A stretch of 63,580 nt of DNA, the filler included. It is 3 parts of 3 records of this genome, joined end to end, with 100 filler letters (N's around TTAATTAATTAA, not from the genome) between each part and the next. Parts side by side here need not be neighbours in the genome. Positions count along the whole stretch, not along the records: positions 43,943 to 63,580 come from SRR20825019_1456; 2 more parts are not named here. One strand, given 5' to 3'. The notes beneath the pieces are model-generated. The model did no database searches. It was not told the DNA's origin and was given only the letters and a program-made list of their open reading frames with translations. Each line of letters begins with the position of its first letter. The first letter of the stretch is position 1. The position numbers were made by a program, and so were the translations under genes. This document shows positions 51,101-61,625 of this stretch, piece after piece.

Positions 51101-54100
51101 GCATTCAGTGTCATCAACCATCGCACGAAGGCCGGTATCCTTGTTTCCATGAGAATAGAATCATAAGCTTCACGCACGGGCTGATTGTAGCTATTTCTAG
51201 TCTCTGGCGACGCAAACATGGAGAATGCATCTGATGAAATGGGCCGAGGCAGTGCCTTGACCAGTTCTGGACGAAGCATTCGATACAGAAATGCGTACGG
51301 GTCACCGCCCGGAGCCGGCGGTTCTGGCGGGAATACGCGGGAGAAATCCAGAGCGTAAATGCGGTTATCCTTTCCTTGGTGGCACTCTATATCACAAGGC
51401 CCGTAGATCTCAATATCTTTGTTGCAGCATGAGCAATGGACCGGGTGGCCGCAAATGTTAAGCTTGTCGCCTATTCTCCTCATGAGCTGTTCGATGGAGG
51501 GGTCTTGGTTGTGCACCGTGATACCACCGTCGGCGCTCCCATACTTGAGGGTCATACTACCACTGATAGGCAACATGCTCATGGCAGTAAGACGGGAGCC
51601 GCGGAAATCTATGATACACATCATCGGACCTCGCATCTTTGTCACACCAGATCGGGCGAATGCCCCTGCCCCCTTGAGCTCATGGTTGGCCACCTTCATC
51701 GCCGACTCCTCAGTCTCGTAAATACCGCCCCCTTCTGAGAACTTGAACAAAATATTCGCATGCACGAATTTCTGCCCTCCAGCTAGTCCGCCCACAGATG
51801 CGGGTTGAATAGTCTTAGATGGCCATGGAATGTTGCGCTCTGCTAGAATCACTTGCCCATACAGCTGTGCGGTGTCAACGAAGTCTTGTCCAAGAGAATA
51901 TATGTCAAAGTGGGTATCGTATCTTTCCTTCGGGTCCTTTTCACTCCTATCTAAGATGGTCTGCATCTCCTCATTCCAATCGCGCCAGCTGTGCTTTGAC
52001 GCGATCGCCAAATCCATTCGCTTGATTTCCTGTATTATCCTCGCAGTATATACATTTCCCGAAAGCATGTTCTTTTCGTGGTAAGTAGTGTTCAGGATCT
52101 CCTCGTCAATCTGATTCGCATACGATTAGATCTTTTCTGCAAAGTACAACGGTTGGCACGCACCACTCCCATACACTCGTCCAGGGATTCCAAAGACTCA
52201 TCAAGAGACTCAACAACCTCAATGTTAACTGTTTTCTGCTTGATGTACTCATCAAAGGCCATCAAATTACTTTCCACTTCACTCTAAACAGCGTTTTCAT
52301 TAGTCTATTCCTGCTTCATCCCAATTGAAGCCTTACCCGTATCTCGATCAAATCCGCAAGGGGTTTTTCAACATTTTCTACTGCTGTCCGAATGGTCTTT
52401 TTCCTCTCCTCTCCTAGCCTAATGGTCTCATCCACCAGTTCTTGAGCACGGTTCATGGCCTCGACAACAAGGTCGGCGAACTGGCTGTTCAGTCTCTCTA
52501 TTCCGTGCTCAATCTAATACCCTGTTACCCCTGGCCAATAACAACGATACTAGCACTGATAGCTCACCTCCTTATCCACTGCATCTAGGTGTGCCGCCAT
52601 CCCTGCCTTTCCGCACATGGAGTCAGCAGCCGTCGACAACACATTCGCCTGTTCCAGAGCCGCCATGACACGGAATCTGTTCAAGCTCTGCGTCTCCATC
52701 TCCGAGTCGTGCTGTCCAAAGTCGGATCCATAGGCACTGTAGGCTGGGTATGGTGTCGTTTTGCTGTACTCTTTGTGGTGGTATAGTCCGTATTTGTGGG
52801 TCATCCGCCAAGCCGTGTACGAGTTCAACCTCTTCATTGACGGATCGGAGAATATGTCCTGCCCATATACATTCCTTTGATAATTTCCTTGCAAGAACTC
52901 TGCACGCGCTTCAGTTATATGGCGCTTACAACACAACTAAACATTGTCCCACCCTTGCCAAAAAATGCCATCGATGGATGCGGCGGTAATACAAGGTGAT
53001 ATCCACACAGGCAGGGATCCTGATACTTGCCCGTCCTGCGGAATGCATTGACATGATGAACCACCTCACCGGGCTCTTGGAGCATGTCGATGGATATGTC
53101 CTCGAGATCTACCGAGCCGTGGGGCGACTTGTGCTTCACTTCCACGTTGGACTCGAGGTCATGCAGTCTCCACATTGCTCGTGCACATCCAAGGCTGCAC
53201 ATCGAAGAGCTGCCCGCCTTGCACTGCTCGCAGGCGGCGTCCAATGTCACGAGTAGGTTAGCAACAATGTGTCGAAGGATCCTGTCATCGAGCGGAATGA
53301 GAAATTGGGACAGGATGCGGAGCAGTATGGGTCTCTGCAGGTGCCTGAGGAATCCCGTTAGAATAGTCACTCTTTGATGCCCTTTGCGCCTCACCTTAAC
53401 CGGGACTGATCTGACAACACTCTGTGTGCTCTCTTATTCACAAGACGCCGGAAGTAATCAGGATCAGTGTCCTCGAACAGTTTGTCAACAGTATCCACGA
53501 AGTCACTGTATCCCTCGCCAGCATCTACATCCCCCAAGTCACACCCGCTTTCATCGTCATCTTCCTCCCCGCACAGCCGCACTTGCACATTTTGACCCTT
53601 ATCCAGCTTCACCACAGTCAATCAATGCATATTACACTGGTACCCATCACTTACCCAGCCAACCAAGATTGGTTTCTCCTCCCGAGCATTTGAAGACGCC
53701 GCCTTGCTCAAGAATGCATCATACCTACCGCCATTATCTTCACTCTTCCCCGAAAGGCTTTGCATCTCCTTTTGAAGCCAGGCCAGTCGAGCCCCACTGT
53801 CGGCGCCACTCTCGGCCCAGAACCGTTTCGCCTCGCCATATGACACGGTCCCGGAAGACTTTTGGTCAAGTACCCTTCTCAGTTGTTCTAGGTTCTGCGC
53901 ATCGAATGACACTTCTCCCAGCTGCGTGACGAACGCACGGAGGTCAGCAACCTTCAGCCGCTTCACGCCATCTGAGTCAAAGTTTGAAAAAACCTGTGCA
54001 AGCATTTAGGACAAATCACCATCACAAAAACTGCTGGTGACGGTTACCTCGTCAAAAAGCTCTTCAGTTTGCGGCCACTCGGCAGTCACTGAGTTCGTCG

Positions 54101-54146
54101 CTGCCTGACGAGGGGTCCGCGGGGACTCAACAGCCGACGGCGCCAT
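48179..54146 (-). CDS. Multidomain protein: EF-hand, PH-like, coiled coil, Clu domain, TPR-like helices and RI-type LRRs; many exons
   Basis: ATG 54146; FDSDG/DQKSSGTVSYGE EF-like pair; Clu motifs RDWNEEMQ, GLAGGQKF, ANHELKG, IDFRG.RL.A, YGSADGG, GP.DIE.H.GKD.R.YALDFSRVFPP, LRPELV, LHREGIN.R.LG; repeats IGDDGATALADALRLN. That these ORFs form one gene is inferred from the shared strand, short gaps and lack of a promoter island between them. Confidence 0.78.
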
Positions 54147-54189
54147 TTAATCACGAGATCCACCCGAACTTCCAAGTGTATATTTGGAG

Positions 54190-54955
54190 AAAAGAAGGGT
54201 TGAGTCAGCCGGCTACTCGACATGGGGCCGTGAGCCGTCACCGGCACTATCCGACTCCGGGCTGCCGCTTGCCCGGTCCGTCGGGGCGGACGGCGACCCC
54301 GCGCCCAGTGTGGCCCACAGTCACTAACTCTCCGGGGCGGGCAGTGCGGCGGCGCCCTACCCATACGGGCACCCACCCGGGCCACAGGCCGGGCCACCCG
54401 CCGGCCCCGCCGCCGCCCGGCGGCGGGCCGGGGCCGGACCACGGTGGGGGAGATTGACCGGAGATCGCGTGCTCACATGACAGCAGTGGTAGAGCCTTTC
54501 CCGACTCAGTCAGTTTCATCAGTCCGAGAGTTATGATTGGCCCCGGCCGTCGTACCCAGGCAAGCCGGAAATCACACATCCGATGTTTTTCAATATTGAT
54601 CAGTGCGCTCCCCCTTAAGCCCCCGCGCCACTTGGGCCCTGAAGTGAGTGATGAGGGTGGCCCGGCTGCCGGCGCCGGCTCCTCGGCCCGGCAGTGCCCC
54701 GCTTGCGCGAAGCCGCGCCTGGCCCGGCGGGTCAGTGCGCTCGCCGGTCACTGCAGGGCCCCGCCGCGCGGCGGCCCCCCGCGCTCAGCCCGGCCGGCAC
54801 CCGGGCCGGGCCGGCCCCGCCGTCGCCGGGCTGTGCTGCCAGCGGCCGGCCTCAGCTCCACCGGTCGTCCGGCCTGACCTGCGCGGTCCCGGCCGGCCAG
54901 GCAACACCGCCTAGGTAGTCGATCCGGGTTGGCCCGGCCCGACAGGTCAGTGTGA
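54190..54955. promoter_or_regulatory. GC-rich divergent promoter island (Clu-LRR gene / TMEM14)
   Basis: Two GC blocks with a less GC-rich core; TGAGTCA at 54201; GACTCAGTCAG near 54503. Confidence 0.6.
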
Positions 54956-54966
54956 TGGCTTTCCCA

Positions 54967-54998
54967 CGTTTCTACTCATATACGTTTCTACTCATATA
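54967..54998 (+). repeat. Perfect 16-bp tandem duplication CGTTTCTACTCATATA x2 overlapping the TATA-like element of TMEM14
   Basis: Read directly. Confidence 0.85.
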
Positions 54999-55044
54999 TA
55001 GAAAGGCTAGTGAGAATCTGATCGCTAGGCAGAAGAGCCAGACT

Positions 55045-55535
55045 ATGCCGCCACCCAGGAAAAAGAAGGCAGTGGAATTCCCTATCGCCGAGACTTATGG
55101 ATATGCTGGTTTGGTAGGGGAGTTGAAGTTCCCATATAACCTGTAGCTCACAGGCTTGTTGCTTCTACCACTAGGTTACGTTTTTTGGCATATATGGCTA
55201 CGTTAAGTCAGGCAGTGTTATGTCAGGTGCCATGTCAACTCTTTTCGGCGCTGGGTTAGCGTATGCCGGTCACTGTCGCGCGCGGGGCCCTGCTGTTGGT
55301 GCGTGAGACCCCGCCTCACTGGCACGGAAGCTGACGCTGCTCGCAGGTTTGTGTACAGCACTGTTCATGCTCATGGGCCACCGGTTTCTGAACACGGGCA
55401 AGTTCATGCCCGCTGGTATTGTGTCCATTCTAAGGCAAGTGTCTGATAGAAACGCCATGATCCCTCAAAGTACACTCACAATGTCCTTGCAGTTTTCTCA
55501 TGGTTGTGAACTATGCTCGGGCATACTTGAGATAG
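55045..55535 (+). CDS. TMEM14: TMEM14/FAX family small membrane protein, about 4 exons
   Basis: GIYGYVKSGSVMS..LFGAGL and RFLNTGKFMPAGIV motifs; the last intron is probably GC-AG (55435-55492). Confidence 0.88.
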
Positions 55536-55721
55536 TGCTACGGCTAAATTCCCCCATACTTGTGATAGTGTTAAATTCCCCATTTCCTACCCTACTTGCG
55601 ACGAGAGTCCATGAATTTACTCGTACGCACTTCCTTGACTGCACACCACGCAACATGAATATGCAAACCTCAAGGCCCCTAAGCACCAAAGCGTTATAGT
55701 TTTCCGGATGGGCACATACCC

Positions 55722-56043
55722 TCAGTCGCCCCACTTCTGCTTCTCCATCATGGCTTTCTTTTCTCTTTTCTTCTGCTTTAGCTTTTGGATTTGTTTTTTG
55801 CTGAGTTTGGGAGCAACACTTTTTTTCTTTCCATTCTTGTTTTCTTCCGCCCATTTTTCATAGTTGAAATATGCCTGCTGCTGCTTCAAAGCCTGCAGAA
55901 TACGACTCAGAAGATGATGGTTTTTTGAAGCACCGTGAACTTACTTGATCTTCTGGGCGGGTACTGGACGCTCCAGCGCGCATCTCATTGCTGGTGTATG
56001 CACCAAGAGCCTGCGAACGAAACGGGTCTTTAGGCCTGGACAT
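55722..56043 (-). CDS. Small basic hypothetical protein (~89 aa), 2 exons
   Basis: MSRPKDPF...EDQ, a GTAAGT...TGCAG intron, then ALKQQQAYFNYEKWAEENK...KLSKKQIQKLKQKKREKK...KWGD*; TATAT about 50 nt upstream; GC island 56130-56740 upstream. Confidence 0.65.
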
Positions 56044-57037
56044 CACCACTTTAGCTTGACAGGACATCCCATGTAGCCTCCTTGAACCATCTATATCATG
56101 AAAAGAGAAAGCGGTGCAGTGCACTCTTCAGGCAACTGAGGTCACGGCTGTCAAAGACGACCTGGCCGTAGGCCCGGCTTAGGGCGGGGCCTGGCGCCGC
56201 GAGTAGGCCCGGCACCCCCGCGGACTCGGGTTTGCAGGATTCAGAGGGAGCGCGCGGGAACGGGAGCGGACCGCGCGGGCGGGCCAACGACCGCGTTCGG
56301 GCCGGGGTCCGAGCTCCGCCGCCGTCCGCGCTGGGAAGGCTGACTTGGAGGCGGCGGGAGGCCCGCGCGGGCCTCCAGGCCGGGCCGGCCGTGAACGACC
56401 CGGGACCGGAGCAATGAATGCAGTCCGGTCCGCCGGGCGGACGGGAGGCTGGCGGGGCCGCCGCGGGCGGCGGGGCCGCCCGGCCCTCACCGGCGGCGCC
56501 CGGCACCACCCCCGGCGAGGCCCCGGCCGGGCTGAGGTGGCGACCACGACCGTCCGGCCGGAGTGCGGCCGGACGGCCGGGCCGCGTCCTGAAGAACGAG
56601 CAGTGAACCGACCCGCCGCGCCGGCACCCGGGGGTCGGGTGGTTTCAAGTTTGCCGGGGCGCCGGCGGAACGGGGAGGCTGGCGAGTGTTTCCTGTTCCG
56701 GAGTCCGCTCCGGTCGTCCGCACCGTGGAGTGCGGTTTTCAGAAAATACTAGCGGTTAAGTAAGCCCCCGAAATATTTATCCCACTTGGGATCCGATCGG
56801 GCGGCCGCAAAGAGCTAGCATGTGAAAATAATCCGGCAAGGGAAACATTACAGCAAGGTTTATCTATCCGATATGAAACAGTTCGGAATATCATGGTCTT
56901 GAGCACTGCTCTTGCGATATCAACAGAAAATATGTTCAACTGCAGAGAGTGGCTCTACGAACAAGGCACGCGAGTACCATCGTCTATACCACGTACCCCC
57001 GTACACCAAATCTAGAGTGACCATCTGTCCTCTTCGA

Positions 57038-58439
57038 TCAAGATCTGGGTCTGATGGCTACCATCTCTTCAGGAAAATCAATAGAGCTTGATGCCATTCC
57101 AGAAATTTCCTGATAGCAATTTTCACCACTTACAAAGACAATCTAAAACGTGACATAAGGACATATTTGCAATGTGGAAGTCGAGTGACATACCTTACGC
57201 TTCAGGTCGTTATCAAACCATGGCTTTGCAACATTCCAAATGAGAGAATGAAACATGAAGGCAGCGTTGACAACATAAATTTTGATTGGGACAGGGGCAT
57301 AGAAAGACTGAAGTGCAGCCAACTTTTCGATAAATGACAGGTCTATATTTTTGTATCCCATCTACGGAAACATATGAGTAAGAACCAATCATCGCGGGCA
57401 TAATATATTAGTCTTACCCTTTTCACGTCAAATATAACGTAAAGCTCGCCCTTGCTCCTCTCTATCCGCCTCACACACTCCTCAAGCTGATGCTGGAAGT
57501 GCAGGACTTTCTTCGCTAGATCACTCTTAGTACCTTCCTTCATATGACGTGTTGCCAAGAAAAGCATCACATGAGCGATTTCTACACACTCGTTAGATGG
57601 AGTAGAGCAATTATCTCAGGAAGAACACACCTCCTTGCTCCTTCTCAAACGAAAAGACCCGCATTTTTCCCCTCGATGCTTCTGGGCCCAGCAGCTCTTC
57701 ATCAATGTATGTTGTCTCAGGCACACCAAGATTACTGTACGCGTTTCCGCGAATTTTCTAAACATCACCTTGGTCAGAACATACTAAGAACTGGTAAAAC
57801 TGCCCTACTCACCATGTAGGTATCGAGTACTACTCTGGCGCGCTCTGGATTGGATTCATAGTGCCTGGCCAACATTCCCAAAACCTCATCAGGAATAACC
57901 TCCTTCCCATTGGTCCATACATTCCTTCTCTCCCTAAGAAGCTCCTCAGTGTAATATTTCTTGCTTTCATCCAGAATGGGAATAATTCCACCGGGCCTAC
58001 CAAAACAACTAGGCCTGCGGTCCCTGAACAGCATATTCTCTGAGGCCGATTCTTCGGTACTAACGCTATTATCGCTGCTAGCGTGTGTATCATCCGATCC
58101 TAGGCTTGATTCAGAGGAAGCGTATCCCCTCCCAAAAACCTCTTCAACCTCAAAATCCTCAGTTTGGTCTAGTGCATCAAAATATATGTCACCGTCATAT
58201 TCTACGTAGTCTTCCGAGTTCAGCAGAAAAGCGTCCATCGCCAAGGTTTTCCCAACACTCTTTGGCTGCGGCCCAACAGGCGATGTACTTAGAGAACTAG
58301 AAACACTCTGTACAGAACCCTCAGGTGTATATGCACTGGTTCGAACTGATTGTGCGTTGTTCTTCTTTCTCGAAAACAACCTTTTCAGAACACTACGGCG
58401 GCTGCCTTCCACTCGCTCCTTCTTGCTATTCAACATCAT
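57038..58439 (-). CDS. CRAL-TRIO/Sec14-like lipid-binding protein with an N-terminal FFAT-like motif, multi-exon
   Basis: LYVIFDVK.MGYKNIDL.F...LQSFY....KIYVVNAAFMFHSLIWNVAKPWFD..L..KI.F; acidic YDGDIYFDALD; stop TGA at 57038. Confidence 0.82.
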
Positions 58440-59450
58440 GTATGTTACTTGAAGAATCGCAATAGTATGGGTATACATATGGATGACCTCTGCCAAGTGG
58501 ATGCATGTGTCCGGCCAATACGCCAGCAGCCGCAGATGAACAAGCCGAGTAAGTGGTTGCCCTCGTACACTTCCGGCCGGCCAGGTCAGACCGGAAGAAT
58601 CGCAGCGGCTCAGGCAGGTTTTTTTTGGGGGGGAAGTTGCATCAACACTGTCCATCATAACTGTCAACAGTTCCGGTTCTTTCCCAGGACGATGATTGTT
58701 TGACCATGGATGGCCTAGTAGGTCCCATGGGGCGACCGAATTAGAAACCTGTGGCTGGGATTTTCGCATCTCTTCGTTAGCGATGCACGGCGATTGACGG
58801 AGTCATCTATATAGATAGCTATAAACAGAAACTCCCGGGAACATGATGGAAGAAGTTTCAATTGTAAGAAGGTAAGGTTCAGGATTATGCTATATGGTTA
58901 CAACCGCTTAGTATAGATCACTTTCTGTGTTTCTGTATTCTGTGGGCTTTGCACAACTAAAATTACAACCGCTCCAAGCCGGACGATACTGAGTCGCATC
59001 GACATCGCCTCTCTGTTCGTCGGGACCGTCCGTCAGAGCTGATGATGCCATATGGGCGGTCGCGCCGGGAGCCAAGGCGACTCGACCCGAGCCGGCGGGC
59101 CGCCCGGATGATGGGTCAGGCGCCAGTGGTCCCGGCGGCCGCGGCCGCCAATGGCGCCGGCCGGGTACTCTGACTCGGAGCACCGGCACCGGCGGACCCC
59201 ATGGCCCCGGGCCCCGGCTAGTCTGCCGAGCTGGTGGCACCGGCGCGCGTGGGGCCCTCAGGCCTCTGGCCGGGGTCGGTCGACCGGCATGGGTCGGCCG
59301 GAACCAGAAGAGTTCTCGTCCCTTGCTAGTCACCCGTCTTGGTGGAGCAAGGACCCCTTCCAGTATTGTTAATCTGGCAACATGGCGTCAAGCCGACAGT
59401 TCAGTATATATTACTGCACAGTTTACGTCGTAGGAATATCATTGCACACT

Positions 59451-60751
59451 ATGGTACGTTGGTTTGAGTAAATTTCTCTACATCTTCTGATAATTGATTT
59501 TAGCAAGCTGATCCATATGTCGTACCGGAGTTGGTATCCTCCTCTCGTAATTGGGATGACGACGCCGACGCCATAGAGGAGCTGGAGGCCGAAGCTACCT
59601 ACACTTATCCTGGTGATGCGATTATGGATGTATGTGAGGATGCGAGGGGTTCGAACGTGCTGTATTGAATGTATTTTAGATATCAAAGAAGGCCCTGAAC
59701 AAGGATGGCAAGCTTTCGGCACATTCCTTATTTGTTGGCACGGGGGCAGGCGCTACTTTTCTGGACGCAGTGTTTGCCACCAAGAAGTTGATTGGATCAT
59801 GCTCTCTTCCGGAGGTCCCCTTGGTACTTTATGCTCCTGTTGAAGCCATTGTTTTATCTGACATCTCGCGTGTTAGAGTGGAATGGTTTTCTCAGGCGGA
59901 CAGAATGGTTTCCTTTTGTATGAAGTGAAAACTGGTGGTACATAACGACTTGCGGAGGTCGGGGTGGATATGAGCTCACATAGCTTGTTGCAGTTTTGTT
60001 GGGCCTGAATCATACCGTAGAGCTCAAGCCAGAACGTTCCAACGCATTGGCTTCGGCTCTGCTTGAGTCCATTGATTTTGCTGACCAAGCGAGGTTAGCC
60101 ATTGTAGGTTGCGGGAATATTAGTGAACTGACGTTGATGCAAGGGTTTGCGTGTACGACACCATCCCGGACTTCAAGTACTACTCCATGCAGGATATACC
60201 CAAGCCGTTCCTTCGTTTGATCACTAGCTCAGAGCAGGCACGTTTCACAATCGCAATTCTGCTCTGCTTCTAACAGCATGTGTAGCTGGGCGACGAATTG
60301 TCGCAGGATGGCGTTCCCCGCCTCGAGATACCCACCATTATCGAGGGAATCTCCGCAGCTATTGCTTTGCAGGTAAGCTAAGACGCAATGCCGATTGTTC
60401 TGCTCGCAAATAAGGCACACGGTTGACGAACGGTAGTGCGAATTCTCCGGGATTGCGTGTGTGTGTTTTATCACTGTGGTGGAGCAAAGTGAAGTATCCT
60501 TTGATGCCTTGAAGGTGAATAGAGTCGATACAAATTTGGAAATGTGCTCACAACTGTCCAGTCCTTTGACATGAGCATATCTTTTCTTAAGAGGTTGGGA
60601 GTAACCGAGGGTTGTGACAACGCTAAGCTGAAGGCAGCGCTTCAATCTCAGTGAGTCCTTCATCACTGGTGCAATCGTCGTGCTAACCGGTAACTGGTGT
60701 AGACGAGGGCAGCTTTCGTATAACAAGGCCAAAACAGCAGTTTTTGTTTAA
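59451..60751 (+). CDS. PSMG1: Proteasome assembly chaperone 1-like (PAC1/PSMG1), about 10 exons
   Basis: Manual splicing gives ...FLRLITS...VPRLEIPTIIEGISAAIALQCEFSGIACVCFI...DALKSF...KTAVFV*, resembling the PAC1 P.LE.P....AA....C motif, with an HbYX-like end. ATG 59451 lies 41 nt after TATATA; an alternative in-frame ATG is at 59382. Confidence 0.7.
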
Positions 60752-60883
60752 TCCATCCATATTATGGTCTGCTTCAATTTCAGAGTGCTTCAACTCTTTT
60801 GGGATATCCACGTACATACATGGAAACATACCCTTCAGCTTAAAACGTTTACACCTCCGTTTCAACGTGACCATGTTATTCCT

Positions 60884-60917
60884 TTCAATTGTTCGCACAT
60901 TTCAATTGTTCGCACAT
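60884..60917 (+). repeat. Perfect 17-bp tandem duplication TTCAATTGTTCGCACAT x2
   Basis: Read directly. Confidence 0.85.
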
Positions 60918-61625
60918 TCTCACCATCCTGAGTGACGGCGGCGGCGGGGGGGTGGGGGGGGTTCAACACCTGCAACTGCCACCAGAACCCAGGCAAACCT
61001 CCAAATTTGGGCAGTTGACTCTCGGTGTATTAGAAATGGCCGGAATTTTTAATTGGAGATCGGTATTGAGAGATACTATCGATTCAATCAAAGCCAGGAG
61101 GCATACAAAACTATGGATTTCCTAATCTGATTCCTATTCGACTAAACCTTCGGACATACGGTACCTACTTCGGCCCGAAGGGAGGCCGATCAGCGGTTGG
61201 TTGTGGCTGAATATGGCTACTCACGGCTTTTCACCGGGACGATCCATCAATGCAATGGAACAAAAACCCACTATGCAACTGACCCGACCTGACCGTCCAA
61301 TCGCCACACCACACCACGTGAACTGATCTGGTGAGAACTGTGGGCCTACGCACTCCTCATCAGGTCAGAGCCGAGTACCGTATGCGGCGGCCACTAATGG
61401 AGTAGGCCGCTGTTGTCCTGCACAAACTGAGGAACCGGCGCTTCTATGTTGGCCTGTGGTGGTGTGTAGTTTCAAAGGACCAACACTGTGGCTGAGTCAG
61501 GAAGCTCGAGGCAACAATTACCGGCAGGCTATCCCAGACACTAGGGTGGCTGTTGCAACTTGCTGTATACCCTCAGTAATACGTATATATGCAAAATTAC
61601 TGAACAACCAGTGACAAATGTCGAC

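Noticed and set aside
58825-58845. GAAACTCCCCGG resembling RNase MRP CR-I
   Set aside because: No matching CR-V/P4 partner found downstream.
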